Below the pieces are notes generated by a model. It was given only the letters and a program-made list of their open reading frames with translations, was not told where the DNA came from and searched no databases. Positions 12,133-25,690 of a stretch of 64,000 nt of DNA are shown one piece after another. The position numbers and the translations under genes were made by a program. The stretch comes from Scleropages formosus (lineage: Eukaryota): contig NC_041806.1 in NCBI RefSeq assembly GCF_900964775.1, positions 16,518,297 through 16,582,296 of the forward strand, in the 5' to 3' direction. Every line of letters begins with the position of its first letter. Positions within the stretch are counted from its first letter, which is position 1.

Positions 12133-12330
12133 ATGGTAGTGACAAATGGAGACACCCCACATCTCCGATTACACAGTAGTGATACAGCAGAGTACATAAT
12201 GATTATACACCACTATATTAACCCTGATTACAGTAGTGATACAGGGACAGTGATATACAGGGAGGGACAGTACGATTATGTACGTTATACACCTGATTAC
12301 AGCGTACCAGTGTACAATGAATGAATGATT
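12133..12330 (+). repeat. Degenerate minisatellite (~45-bp units, ...tgattacagtagtgatacag...) abutting the CpG island
   Basis: Repeated gattacagtagtgatacag.. units; the spurious ORF 12133-12324 reads through it. Confidence 0.6.
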
Positions 12331-12399
12331 ACAACACAGTACTCATACGGAGAGTAGTATACAGGTAGGAGAGTAAGGACAAAGCGGGAGACTGTGATT

Positions 12400-13300
12400 G
12401 TAGCCCCGCACCACCCTACAGAGCCGAGCCGAGCGCACATCGTCACCGCACGAACACGGCTTCTGCAGCACAAGCCCTCGCTTATTCTGCGACATGTTCG
12501 CACTCGCTGGCTGCGCACTCACTGACTCACCGTCCCTCGGCACAAAGAGGCGGCGGCGGCGGCGGGCGGACGGACGCGGACGAACTTACTGCCATGGCGA
12601 TTGTTGACTCGGTACAGGCCGATCCACGCATCGGAAACGGGCCGCGTGTTGGCGGCCCGGGCGCGGGCGGACCGTGCGGAGCCGTTCCGGCCGGAAGAAG
12701 AATGTCGATTCACGGGCAGGCGTTCCGAGAAAGTGCGCTGAGGGATGCGGCCTGTGTCCGCCGCGGACAGCACATCTCCGTGGCCGTCCGGCTCGGGGCC
12801 TTGCTCGTCTGTGTGTTTTCCGGGGGTGCTGCTCTCGTCCGACGGGTCCGCCTGGTCGCCACGGGGAGGGCTTCCGTCAGCCGCAATCCCGGCGGCGCTC
12901 GCATGCTGTCCCTGGTCGGAGTCGCTACCCTCTTCCGAGCGACTACGGCTCGCTTCCGAGTCTTGTTCGAAACTCCCCGAGAAACCCACCACCAGGCTAG
13001 TGGGCCTCTTGCTCCGCACGCGGCGGTACGTCTCCCGACTTATGCCGTCTTTCGCGAAAGCCGACGGCACGGCGTCTTCTTGTAGGCGACTCGACCTCGT
13101 CCCCATGACTGGACCCCTCGCGCTGCTTTTTTCCTCTTCCTTCCGCCCGTCGGTACGAGTGAGCGACGCCTCCACAAGGGTTGCGTGGTCCTCTGTCTCT
13201 CAAAAGCCGCCCTGCAGTCCTAGACTAACCGCTGGACATTTTCCGCTCTTCGACGCTCCCACACTCCTCGCCCAGGCGGTCCCTCTCGCTGAAAAAAGCG
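12400..13300. promoter_or_regulatory. CpG island / GC-rich promoter region, likely exon 1 of a minus-strand gene divergent from TEP1
   Basis: Sharp rise in GC and CpG density, with (GGC)n runs, flanked by AT-rich repeats. Long ORFs appear in several frames, as expected for a CpG island. Confidence 0.6.
12590..13175 (-). CDS. Putative first coding exon of an unknown minus-strand gene; encodes a Ser/Arg/Glu/Asp-rich, low-complexity N-terminus
   Basis: ORF from ATG 13175 (MEASLTRTDGRKEEEK...SRSRSEEGSDSDQGQ...NNRHG). A perfect GTAAGT donor sits at 12589 in phase 1, and that phase matches the next model exon. An alternative donor acg|gtgagt at 12531 is in phase 0. Confidence 0.4.
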
Positions 13301-14147
13301 AGAAGTGAGGACTGGTTTCTTCCTCTGTTGACTTGTGCTGTGACGTCACAAAGCCAGGAGAACTTTTCGTCCAACCACGTAGCAGGAAGTGGGCTTCATT
13401 TGATCTGTATTTAAATTCGTGTAACGTAGCAAATGAAATTTTCATGTCGCGGAAGCAGGCGAACCGGCCGGTTAGACACGTGATTTTACGATCAGTTTCG
13501 CAGTGCAAAAGTACATCCTTGTGTAGACGAAATGAACTCAGAAGCAAACAAACGCTGGAATCAGTCTTTGTTTTCAAACGTTGTAAATGGATGTGTTTTA
13601 TGCATTAAACAGAGAGTGTGTGCGATCGAAGCAAAGACCTGAGACGTCATAATTCACATTTGGCAGGTAAAGGTCTGTTCAAAGTGTGTGAATGTGAGTG
13701 TGTTTGATTGCCCTGTGATGGACTGCCGTCCTGCGCAGTCTACTCTGCGTCCCTGCTTTAGAGTGAGCGGCTATTTTATTTGTGCGTATTAGAAGAAATA
13801 TTTCGTTTACACGCAAAGATTGTTTACAAAATGTAAATCAAAACAACCTAAATGATAATATCATTTTTGAAATAAAGAATAACACACACGCAAAGTATTA
13901 AAACACATGGAATACAACAATTATCCAAAACTTCTCAAACACCGCAAGTACAACTAAAATTTATTAAACAAAAAAGAACTTATGTCCTCTTATTAAAAGG
14001 ACAGATGAAATTCAACACAATAAAAACCACGCTCTCATTTAATAGGCTTTTAAACTAGATTACAACAAACACTAAACCCATAATCGGATTTCAAACTATC
14101 GACTAGACTGTAGTCTAAAATCTGTTCGCATCCTTTACCCACACATT

Positions 14148-14352
14148 GACTGAAACCGCTTGTCACAAGGGGGATCGCGGCGAACCGGAGCCTAACCCGG
14201 CAACACAGGGCGTAGGGCTGGAGGGGGAGGGGACACACCCAGGACGGGACGCCAGTCCATCACAAGGCACTCCAAGCGGCACTTGAACTCCAGACCCGCC
14301 AGAGAGCAGGACCCGGACAAACTCGCTGCACTACCGCGCCACCGCACCCCCC
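14148..14352 (-). mobile_element. SINE family A copy
   Basis: Consensus match; no microsatellite tail. Confidence 0.85.
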
Positions 14353-14554
14353 TCCTTCCATGTTACATTTTCTAAAATTTGTCAAATCCATGGTAGCTTC
14401 ATTTAATAGAGTTAAAAACATCAACACATGAATACATAAAAACAACAACCAAAACACAATATAACCATTAACACAATTAAATATTAATTTAATAACAAAT
14501 TAAAATCAATTAAACCTAAGGTAAAATGAACACAAGGAGCGATAGCGCAACATC

Positions 14555-14556
<2 letters not shown>

Positions 14557-14592
<36 letters not shown>
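14557..14592 (+). repeat. (TTA)12 microsatellite
   Basis: ttattattattattattattattattattattata. Confidence 0.9.
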
Positions 14593-14879
14593 CGATTGTC
14601 CCATTATTCATATGTGTGCTTTTATAAACATAATTTCACTCAAGGACCTTTTCAAATCAACACTTCCTGTTACATCGTAAGCTGGTGGAAATCCCTTGGA
14701 TGGAACTGGTCCTTGATCACTAAACTCTCTGGTGGCCAAACAGCGGAATCATCCTGCGGATATTCCCCTTCTCCTATTTCCAGAGTAGTCCCATATTCTA
14801 TCTTCTGATTGGTTCATGGGCGTTTCCCTTGACCAATCCGCGCAGTAGTTGCCAATCCAGGAAGTAGGAGTCGACGGCA

Positions 14880-15004
14880 GCGGAGTGGCACGAACGCAGC
14901 GCCAGCTTGTATGGCGTTGTATGCTGTGTTGTTCATGTAATGGTTTAGTTTATTTCTTTCAACAAGCGGACACTAGTTACATACGACAGGAAGACACACT
15001 TTCG
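14880..15004 (+). promoter_or_regulatory. tep1: Candidate TEP1 promoter and non-coding first exon: CCAAT boxes (gaccaatcc, gccaatcc) and an ETS-like ggaagt, followed by a donor cg|gtaaga at 15004/15005
   Basis: TATA-less, CCAAT-rich segment about 2.4 kb upstream of the first coding exon, followed by a consensus splice donor. Inferred only. Confidence 0.3.
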
Positions 15005-17381
15005 GTAAGAATCAAGAATGCAGTTTGTGTGGTGTAATACACGATGTATTGTCGCGCGTCAGTTCAACTTACACACAGTAACATCACAATTTTATGATAA
15101 AAAAGCTCTGCAGTTAGCGTACGCTTATGTTAAGCATAGCGCGCATTATATAAGTAAAAATGTCTAAAGTGAGAGTGGCTTTCAGGTGTATTCTTGTAGA
15201 GTCCGACTCTGTCCGAGACAAAAGTGAACTTTGCTCTTCTTGTTCTTCCAGCAGGCTGAGCACACAGTTGATCTGCAGCCTTCAGACGGGTACGAAGTAA
15301 CACTCCACCCTCACTTATTAAATACTAGTAAATACCGTCGCCTAAAAATAACACAAAGTGTATTGCTTCTGTTCCAAACTGGCATTTGCTCACACAGTCA
15401 CACTTTGATGTTACTTTTTTGTCCCAGATGTCCTGTTCATTTATCATTTTTAGTCTTTTGAGTGTGGCGTTACTCGTATTTTATTTTAAATCACTTACAT
15501 AGAGGTTCTTGGCTTTTCAGCTACTGACCAGCTGATACCGATTCATGAAGTTTTAAGAACGATCACATAAGTAGAATAGATAGAGAACTTGGGGCAGGGA
15601 ACAGCCTGCAAGGGAGGCCAATCCAACACAGGGAAACTGGGGACTCTAAATTACGAGTAGTGTCCAACTCACCTGAAAAATGTCTTTGTGGGTGGCAACC
15701 AGAGCACCTAGAGGAAACAAAGGGCAAACGGAGAGAACATGCTGGACTCGCACTTATGTCCAGCTGCCCAGATCAGGAACTGAGGCGCCAGTGCAACCTG
15801 CTGTGTCACAATGCCACCCAATTATGTGTAAAATAACATTTTAAAAATCATTTAACTAGGTTGTCACAAAATACTTTTGCTATGTGATCTTTTAAAAAGC
15901 ACTTAATGTGTTTGAATTTGTCCTATCCAAACAAGTATTGTTTCCTTGTTTCTGATCCTTTTGATCCAGTGCATATGCAGTGTAAAATTAAGTTTAAGCC
16001 CATAATCATAACTGAATAATAAATTGCTCTTCTGCTTCAGTTGATTTGGATGATTTTCTCAGTGCTAAGGTTGATTGTACTTTTAAGGGACATGGAAAAA
16101 CTGCACATACACTGTGACTGTATACCACACCAGTTTTCTGAGCCCCTGCCCTGTATTATTACTGTTATGTTTAGCTAATTAAACTATAGTGTTTATGATG
16201 CTTCTGCTGGTATTTCTAGGAGGAAATGAATGAATGAAAGAAATGAATAACTGAAAGTATAATTGAATAATGTTTATCTAGTTATACATTGAAATGATTA
16301 ACCTTTGTTTAGCTGATGCCTTTGTAGAAAACAACTTATGATGCTGCATAAGCAGCTTCACAATAATGAAATGTTTCCATAAATGCTATTATAGGAGAGT
16401 GGATTCAAACCGAGGATGTTTAGATTTCAAAGCAATGTCTCAAACCATGTTCGTAGTTGCTCACCAGAAATGCACCCGTCCCTCAAATACTAGAGTTGAT
16501 TTGTTCCATGAAATCACCCTGTTAGGTGAATTGTTCTCATGTGGGGATCCTATAGCAACTGAATAAAATGATTAAAAATGTCATGTGTTGTATAGTTACG
16601 TTGAATTAATTTTAGGTGGCACATTTTCCATATGGAATGGATTGTTTTTCTTTTGTGTACTTTGAGCACATTAAAAATTTGATGCTCTGTAGATGTTTTA
16701 TTGTTAAATCCTTGATAAACAACTGAAACAATTGGAAGGGGGTCCAGTGTTCACAAGCTGCAGGGTGTGTAGGTTCACTTTGTTTAAAGCCATGTGGAGC
16801 TGCTCTGCAGGTTCTGTAGGCCCAACCAGTGAGCCTACAGGTGTTGGACAGACTCCAAAAAGATGTGGCAAATATTATGCCTTCCAGGACCTCTATATGC
16901 AACATATTAGCACTGTGAAAAATTATAACAATAAATCTTTAACATTTATTATTTTGATGATTTTCCTTAGGGTCCTCCTCCTTAGAGCAGCCATCTGAAT
17001 AATCTGCTCTTGTAAAGCATTCAAATTAATGTCCAAACTCAGTATTCTTGAGAACAAAATCAAAATATGCCTTTCTTTGCTACATTGTAAATCCAGAAGT
17101 TTTTGGTAAAAGTAGTGTATTCTTTAATGGGATATGGAATTTTAGCATAGATAAATGGTTAAATCCATCTATTATTATTAAATATGAGTTTGGTGTTTTG
17201 TGGTCAAATTTTGTATGTCTGCCTGTTTTTGAAGAAAAACAAGTTGATGAAGTTCCTTTTTCAATCTTTTAGTCTTTAGGATTTTGACAGTCTTAGAAGT
17301 TTATTTATTTTGTTAATAGTCTTTTTTGACAGAGGGGGAAAAACTGATGACTTATTTGCTGTTGTGTTTTTTTTAATCTTT

Positions 17382-17894
17382 CAGACTGAATTTCCCTCCC
17401 ACTACGTTAAGTTCTCTGGCACAGAGATGATGCCACTGACTCTGCTTAAAGCGAGCACAGACCTGAACAAGCAGGTCAAATCTGCGGGGCTCTTGACCAC
17501 CTACACTGAGTTAAACCTGGAGAACCGGATCCTCGCCGAGGCTTCAGCGTCTCTCTCCCACCCATGCCCCAGCCCCACGCTACAGCTCGACTGTGCAGCT
17601 CCGCTGTGGTTCTCCAAGTCACAGTCCCCAGGACTGAATCCTACTCAGCTCTCCTCTACTGTTGCCTCCCCCATCCTCTCCTCCCAGCTGTTCGGTAGTC
17701 AAGAGCTCCTCATCCCGAAGCACTGCCCTCTCCAGCCCTTGTCCTTTTCTGGTGTCATAACTTCTGGAGATCTCCTGTCTCCTTCTCTAGTGCAGTCTCC
17801 TGCTGAGGCAGAAGGAGAACAAGCAGTTGGAATTGGAGAGGAGGTGCTGAGTATGTCTGATGATGTACAGAGCAACAGGAAAGTGTGGAGTGAG
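17382..17894 (+). CDS. tep1: TEP1 exon 2, first coding exon (ATG at 17427)
   Basis: Acceptor tttcag|act. [19 protein letters not shown]...[12 protein letters not shown]...NRKVWSE. Donor gag|gtaagt. Contains one copy of the TEP1 N-terminal repeat motif. Confidence 0.8.
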
Positions 17895-20800
17895 GTAAGT
17901 CCTACATTGTCACTCTAGGTAAGCGTGTCTGTTAGCCACACCTGTGACGGTCAACCCACTTATTGGTGTATGTTGTAATCCTTGTTTGTATGTGTTTTAG
18001 AGTGTCAACATGTCTACCTTAAAATATGTATTGACTTGCATTTCACAAAGCTCTAAATCCAACTTTTGCATGTTAATGAGTCATGTGCTTTTCATACATC
18101 TTAACGTGTGTGATCTTATGTGCGCAAAAGGACTCCAGCGAGGTGTCTGTAGAGGAGTCTGCCCTGGAGCTGCCTCTGGTTGAAGAAAAGGAAGAGGAAA
18201 AGATCCCACTGGGGCATGAGGAGGAGTTTGGAGAGACAGAGGAGAGCAGTGTTCAAGAGGAGGAGCTGAAAGACAAGAAGGTGAGATAATACTGTGTTCT
18301 TACACTTTGTGGATAAACAAGTCAAGTGGATGAATCTTGGAAGGTGCTGTGCTATTCTGCTTTGCCTACAATACTTTATCACTATGTAGCTCTCAGTGTA
18401 GAAAGGTAAATATTTGTTTACCAGTGACAGACAGTTTGAGCTCAAACCCTGGGCCTAACCCCTCTCTCTCTCTGTGTCCAGTACCTCTTGCTCAACACAG
18501 TCTGCTGTTCCCTGGTGACTAAGAACACTTCTCCAGGACAGCAGGGCTGGGATGAGGAGCACAGTTTGTGGATGAGGATGAAGAGCCTGGCCCATGATGT
18601 AGCTCTGTGTGACCCAGAGTTCTTATTAAAGGTGAGTTCTTCACAGTGTACTCTTACCACAGGAATGGACAGAAACCTTCATTCAAGTCCTGCTCTTTAT
18701 TGGTTCCACTTTAACATTTCCTTCTACCAACAAACTCATGTGAGAGCCACTCTTTGACCGATAGGTGGCAGTGTACACCAGACAGGAACTGAACATCCGC
18801 ATCACTGCCAACTTCCTCCTGGCACTGGCGGCCAGTCTCCCTCACACCAAGCCACACCTGCGAAGGTATTTCTGTGCAGCTGTGCAGCTTCCCTCTGATT
18901 GGCTGGAAGTCGTCAGGCTTTATAGTACGGTGGGTTTCTGTTGCTGTCGGAATCACTGATGAATGACTATAATTCCAGCGCTGATCGTGTTCTTACTTAT
19001 TTACTATTACGATTTCATTGTGGCTTTAATTTTTAAAAAAAATAAATAACATATTTTTGTAATAAACCACATGAACATTGCTTTAAGCCAATGTAATCTG
19101 TAACCTATTCTTCATGTCCAAGACAGTGTAAAACAGATGCTTTAGTTTGACTTATTTTCTCTGACCCCTCCTTCAGTGTTTCTCCCAGTCTTTGCCATCC
19201 TGTCTGAAAAATGCTCTGGTGGACAAGTTTAAACAGTTCACTGAGTACCAGCTCGCCAAGTACAACACACGGAAGCAGCGGTGCAAACACAACCGCAACA
19301 GAGCCAAAACCAAGGTACCATGGTAACAAAAATAGTACTGCAGACACAGTAGCCACAGGGCCAGAGCCAGTGTTCCGCAGTAAGTTAAGCAGTTTGTAAA
19401 CCTCTCATGTCCCCCGTAACATAGAAAGCATCAGTACATACCAAGTGACAGTAACACGAGGTGCAGAAAGAGTCATGTGCTGTGGACACCATACTGGTCA
19501 GGCAGGAATCCACAGTCTAAAGTGATGCCCAAGTACAGCAGAGAATGCATCTCTGCTTCTTCGCTTTATCTTCACTAGATTCATTTGAATAACCATGCTC
19601 TTTTCTGTCTCCTCTCTCTGTTCCTGCACCACTTTTCTTAATTCTTTCTCATTGCCTTTCAGAGCCCGTCACCGGAGCAGTGGGAAGAGTGGGCCACCAA
19701 GCTTCGATCTAACCCAGCCGTACTGAAGAAATACGTGAGTGTTTTTGTTCCCTTGTGCAGTTGTCTCTTTGCTTGTATGATTACCAGGGAGTTACATTTA
19801 CATTTATTCACTTAGCAGACGCTTTTGTCCAAAGCGACTTACAACAGATACTATGTAATGTTACTAGCCCACACCTTATTCACCAAGGTGACTACATTGC
19901 TAGATACACTACTTACAAGGGGTTACTCATCCATGCATTAGTGAAACACACTCGCTCTGTCACACTCATACACACAGTTGTGTGAAGGACTATGCAGGAA
20001 TGCTTTGTGTCTCCCTCTTATGGTTATGTGTGAGGCTCTTGTGTTGCACATGTGTGTCTGTGTCTGCATTTGCACAGCTGAAGATGCAGGAGCGTTCTGC
20101 GGTGAATAAGAAGGCTGAGAAGTTCAACCTGAAGAAGATGATTCACAGGCTGCACATCCGAGAGCCAGCAGAGCACGTGATGGCCTTGATGGGGAAGAGG
20201 TAACAAACTGCTCTCTGGTAACTGACACACACATAGTTTACAGGTGATAAAAATACCTAGATGTGCCACCCCAAAGGGAACCCCTTAGTGGAACCTCTTT
20301 GCCCTGGACAGGTACCCCAGAGACCACCGGGAATTCTCACGCAGTGGCCTCCGGGGCGAATGGGACAGGGAAAGGGCAGGGCAGCGGATGAAGCTGGCAC
20401 AACCCAACACCTGGGAGCGCAAGCTGAGCCAGGAGGGGAACAAGGCGCGCACCTGGGAAAAGCTCATCGGTCATTCAGTTTATCGAAGACACATGGCACT
20501 GCATTTACCAGTTACACTGACTGTTTCATGCCTTCTGTTGTGCCACACTGATTCCCTTGTCCTTTGTTCTGTAAACTGTACTCTATCCTGTGTTATGCAG
20601 ACAGTAATGCTCTGCCCTTCATGGCTATGCTGAGGAATCTCAGGAACATGATCACCAGAGGCATCAGTGAGAAACACCATGAGAAGATCTTGGCTAGACT
20701 GACCAATAAGGTAAGCAGGAAAAAATCATATTGTTTTTTGGTCACTGTGTGTAGTCAGTGTGTGATTACTGGCATTGTTTATTCCAAACACTTCTAGCTC

Positions 20801-23531
20801 CTTTGAGTTGATCACAGTGTATTAATAATAATGATGGACTGTAATGAAAGGGTAAGTGATAGTCAGTAAAACTGCTGAAATATCTTGATCTATAACATAT
20901 CATAATGTAACAGTGAGGGAGGGGGAACTTTCCATCATCCCTCAGCAGCAAGGATTATTGTGCTCATGTTTTGTTGCTGACCATTGTTGTTTTGTTTCGT
21001 TGAGTTCTACCCCTTACTTGTTCTGCCTGGCTTCCTGTTTTGCTGTCTTTATGCATAAGCGCTTGTAATTTCTAATAAAGAGTGAGTTGTTCCTGCAGAT
21101 GGTAAATTGCTTCAATATGATTTGGTGGGTTGAGATGTGAATTACTGACATACCTCTTTGGTGTAAAGTGCTTCAGTTCTTCTTGAAAACAGAACAGAGG
21201 CTATTTCAAGGGATCGTTTTTCTGGAAGTGTGATGTACACGCACAATGATGCTGCATTTGTACATTTCATATGGAATACACTAGTAAATACTGTGTGTAA
21301 TGTCTGTTTCTTTGCCCTTACTTAAACATCTTTACGCTGCATATGATTTACCATCAAATTAAAAACTCATGAAGAAGCACTTTGATCCCTCGTTGTAAAC
21401 CCATGTGTGACACACGTGCATACATTTACAAAACACGCAGACAAATTTACGCCACTTGGTTCTTGTGTTCCAGGAGACAGTTATTCAAAGCAGACAGTTC
21501 CCCTTCCGTTTCCTTGCTGCCTACAAGGTGATCATGGAGCTATATGGTTCAGGTGAGCTTCATCTGTTGGCCACAGTATCTTTCTTCTCTGCCTGCAAGT
21601 TTAAAGTTGAATGACTTGAGTTCATACCTTCCACACACCTTCCTGAACAACTGCACCTTCTTCCTACCTGTGCCTTAGTGAAGCTTCCCTCAAACTCCAC
21701 GGTGCTGCAGAATATCCTGAGGAAAATCCCAAAGGTCAGGAAGTACCAGCAGCTGGACTGGCATACAGCAGGACGCAAGAGACTGAGCATAGCACTGGGC
21801 GTGCCCTTTGTGTACCGCATGTATAAGATGAAGAAGAATCAACTGCACAGGGCGAGGTATGGGTAAAGAAATGGGCAGCGCTTATGCCTGAGACATCTCT
21901 GCAGTGGGGACTGTGAATTTTTTATTTTTTTTTCTTTCTAAATTTATTTGCTCTTATCTGTGCATTTCTTTTGGCTTTCCTATTCTGCGCCCCTCCGCAG
22001 TACAAATGATCACTGGTGTTCTCCTCTTCCTCTCCCAGCCAGAAGCTCTATACTGAGGAGCTGTTGAGCCGGTATCAACGGGCCCTGGAGACAGCGGTCC
22101 AGATCTCATGTGACTACAATGTGCCTCCCCTCCCAGGCCACACTGTGCTGTTCTGCGTCACATATTTCAATAGGACAAGTAACAGGTTTACTGCACAGCA
22201 GGACTTCTGTCTTCCCCTGGATGCTGACAAGGAGGCTTCAACATGTGATTCTCTCACCCCCAGTGTAAGTCTTATTCCGTCCTCTCTTCCTATGTTTTAC
22301 CCCCTCAGACTTGTATGTCTTTCCCAGGTGAATCCATTGCTGCTGTCAAATAGGTCTCCACCACCTCACATAGTCCCTATTAACCCTTCATGCCCTCTGC
22401 AAGGTTCTCCATGTGTTCTCCTCTCATCAGTAATGTCAGTGTGCTGTTTGTCTAACACTACTCATCAGGTACCTTTTTAAAAGAAGGTGCTGTAGAACTG
22501 TAGGCGATTTCTGTTTCTACATCTAGCGTACAGTGACAAGATGCTGACAGATGCCGTTCGGCAGTCATTTATTGACTCTAACATGTCGCATTACTGCAAT
22601 TAACTTTGGACCTTTAATGGGCACCTGTTGGCTGCCCGACTGCTTTTGGATGTTACAGGGTGCCCCTTTATGGTGTCTTGATGTTATTTCTTTTAGCCCC
22701 AGGAGATGACAGTGTTGTTAGCGCTCATGATGGCTCAGCGCTGTGAACACGTTCAGCTGTTTCTCTCCAACTATAGCGGTGTTGAAGAGGTACAGCTGAA
22801 GCCTGGTGCTCTACTGCAGAATGTGAGGCATGTGTTAAGAAGATTGGAGGTGAGCCTGTGGTGAACTGCTTGCCTGTTATTGTTCAGAAAAAAAAAAACA
22901 GCTTCTTCACCCTGTGTTTTCAGTCGAACTCTGTGGGACGTCTGAGGGACGCTTTGACATCTCGGACTCCTAACTTTGTTGTTTCTCTCTCCCAGGAAAG
23001 TGAAAAGGATGACATCGTCTTCGAAGACTATTCCAAGTTGTTCTTCAACTTGAGATCACAGAACATCAAGGTACTCTGCAAGATGGGTAGCCATCTCAGG
23101 TGTTTGTGCTGCTTCGCTACCCTGTGGCAGAAGTCTGCAAACAGATAAATGATGCCAGCTGTCCCTCCATTTTCAGCAACTTGTCCTCGCTGTAATCTTC
23201 AGAAACAGTGTTATTGGTGAAATACATAAACTATCCTACCATCTTGCTCCAAACTGCTGTTGCCCTTACTTAGCTCAGATGTGGTAAAACGCATTGACTC
23301 CATATTTTGTATGCAACCTGTCTGTGAAACACTTTACTTTCAGAACAGTACATCACTTTGGATGTCACTGCACATGTGCACAGTCCTACCTATGCAGTTT
23401 CGAATCCCACTTGGTCTGTGTGGAGTTTGCATGTTCTCGTGTTCACGTGGGTTTCCCCCATGTGCTCTGGTTTCTACCTTCAGTCTAGAGATGCCATGCA
23501 GGTTAACTGGTGAATGTAGTGTCTAAATGTG

Positions 23532-23572
<41 letters not shown>

Positions 23573-25656
23573 CGCGTGTGTGAGAGAGAGAGAGAGAGAG
23601 AGAGACAGTGTCCTGGGTATACCTTCTTCAGCCCTATGCTCTGTGTTTTTGGAATGGGCTCCAGGCAGCTGTTACCCTGACTTGGATAAATGGCTACTGG
23701 TAGTGAATGAGAAAGTACTATAGTACTAGAAAAAATTGAAAGCTGTCTGCATGTTTCAGTTGTTGCTCCCTTGAAAATTATCCGTTGTGTTCATATCTTA
23801 TCTGTGTGTATGATGTATGTATACATGACAGAACTGGCATATACTATACAGTCAGTCAGTTTGTTTTCCAAAAGCGTCGTCTCTTCTGCCCTTTAGGTGG
23901 ACACAATAATAAACCTGGAGGACAATGACGGGTGTTATGACCTTGACTTGAACATTGAAAAGTACAGAAAGAGCATGAACAATGAAACCCTGCTGGTCAG
24001 ACTCTTTTTATGCTCAGAGTAAGTCTGTTGCCCTCTGTTTTTCATTATGTTTACATTATTTCTGCAGATTTAATGCTTTGTCTATTTTACGTTTTTGAAA
24101 ATTTTCATTGGGTGCCATAAAGGATGGCACAGGTACCTCATGGTGCCTGGGCTGAGCGTTTGGGCATGGGTTCAAGTATGGCTCAGTCTATTCAGAGATT
24201 GCATGTTCCCTCCATGCTTGCATCAGTTTAGTCCAGGTACTTTGGTTTCCTCCCACAGTCCAAACTTGTGTTTCAGGTAAACTAGTGAGTCCAAGTGGCC
24301 CTCTGTGTGTGTATATGTGTGATTGCCCTACAATGCACCGGCGAGGTATATGACAGTGTGCCCTGTGCCTCTGGGATAGACTCTGGACCATTATGAACCT
24401 GAACTGGACGAACAGTTATTGAAGATTACTGAATGGATAGATTTTTATTTTTTACAAAAATCTTTCAGTGCCAGAGGAGCTCCTTGACTCTCACCCCACA
24501 GCATACACAGGCACATGTAGGCATAGTTTATGTCCATTCTTGCCCATTTTTACTGACCATTGTATGTTTTTGTGTTTTTAATAGATTAACTTCAGATAAT
24601 GTATTCTTTTTTTTAAACTTTATTTTTTATCAAATGTATCAGAACATCACAACACATAAACCAACACATCCACAACCATGTACAAAACAATCTCACAAAA
24701 AACCCTCTCCTTGTACATAGTAGTGTCAGCATCCCTCCTTCCTGAACCTGTTCTTTATTCAACAGAAACAGCTAAATTTATCAGAGTAGCCTGCATAATT
24801 GACAATGTATGAGAAAGCAATTTACATTGCAAAATCCATAAACTTTCCTGATATTAGTCACCTTTACAGGTAAAAGAAAAATGTCCAAGGAGGAGAAAAA
24901 AAAGAAATAAATAAAAAATAATCATAATAAAAATAGTAATGAATGCCAGGGGGCATTAGGTTATTAAATACCTCATATATTCATTAAATCCACTTCTTAC
25001 TTTGATCACTGTATATTAAGGGGTTGTATTGTTTAGCTGTCACCTGTAGAATTAATCTTGAAATAATCCATGAAGGGTTGCCAAATTCTATAAAATTTTT
25101 CTTCTTTCTTTTTCAAGGAGAGCCTAATTTTCTCTAGCTCCGAATACTTCATAACCTCTCATTAAATTTATATGTGTAGGGGCAGATTTATGTTTCCAAT
25201 TTAATAATATTAATCTCCGTGCTAGTAAATTGACAAATGAGACCATACTGTGTTCAGCACTGTTTTTTACTATCTCGGATTCTACTATACCTAGAATCGC
25301 TGCCAGGGGGTCTAGATCAGTAGGTCTTTGCAATATTCTTGACAGCGTCAGAGAACCACCTTTCCAGTATGCTGACAATTTAGGGCAGCTCCAAAACATA
25401 TGGGCCAATGAAGCTGGCGCAAGCCCACAATGGTCACATGAAAGGTGTATATCTGGAAATATCCTGTTCATTTTTTGTTTAGACCAGTGTAAACGATGTA
25501 TTATTTTGAATTGTAAGAGACTGTGTCTAGCACACACCGATGAGCTATGAATCTGTTTAAGGGCTGCCTCCCACTGCTCTTCTGCAATTTCTACACCCAA
25601 ACCTTCCTCCTAGGAAGACTTTAAGTGATCTAAAGTTGGTATACTTGTCAACTGGA

Positions 25657-25690
<34 letters not shown>

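Noticed and set aside
12594-13308. Several overlapping 100-190-aa plus-strand ORFs inside the CpG island
   Set aside because: Long ORFs appear in every frame because the segment is GC-rich. Only the minus-strand frame starting at 13175 connects by phase to downstream exons.
17310-17426. Upstream extension of the first TEP1 ORF (MLIVFFDRGGKTDDLF...)
   Set aside because: This is in-frame read-through of the intron and 5' UTR. A strong acceptor at 17381 and ATG at 17427 fit the homology; the extension lacks similarity to TEP1.
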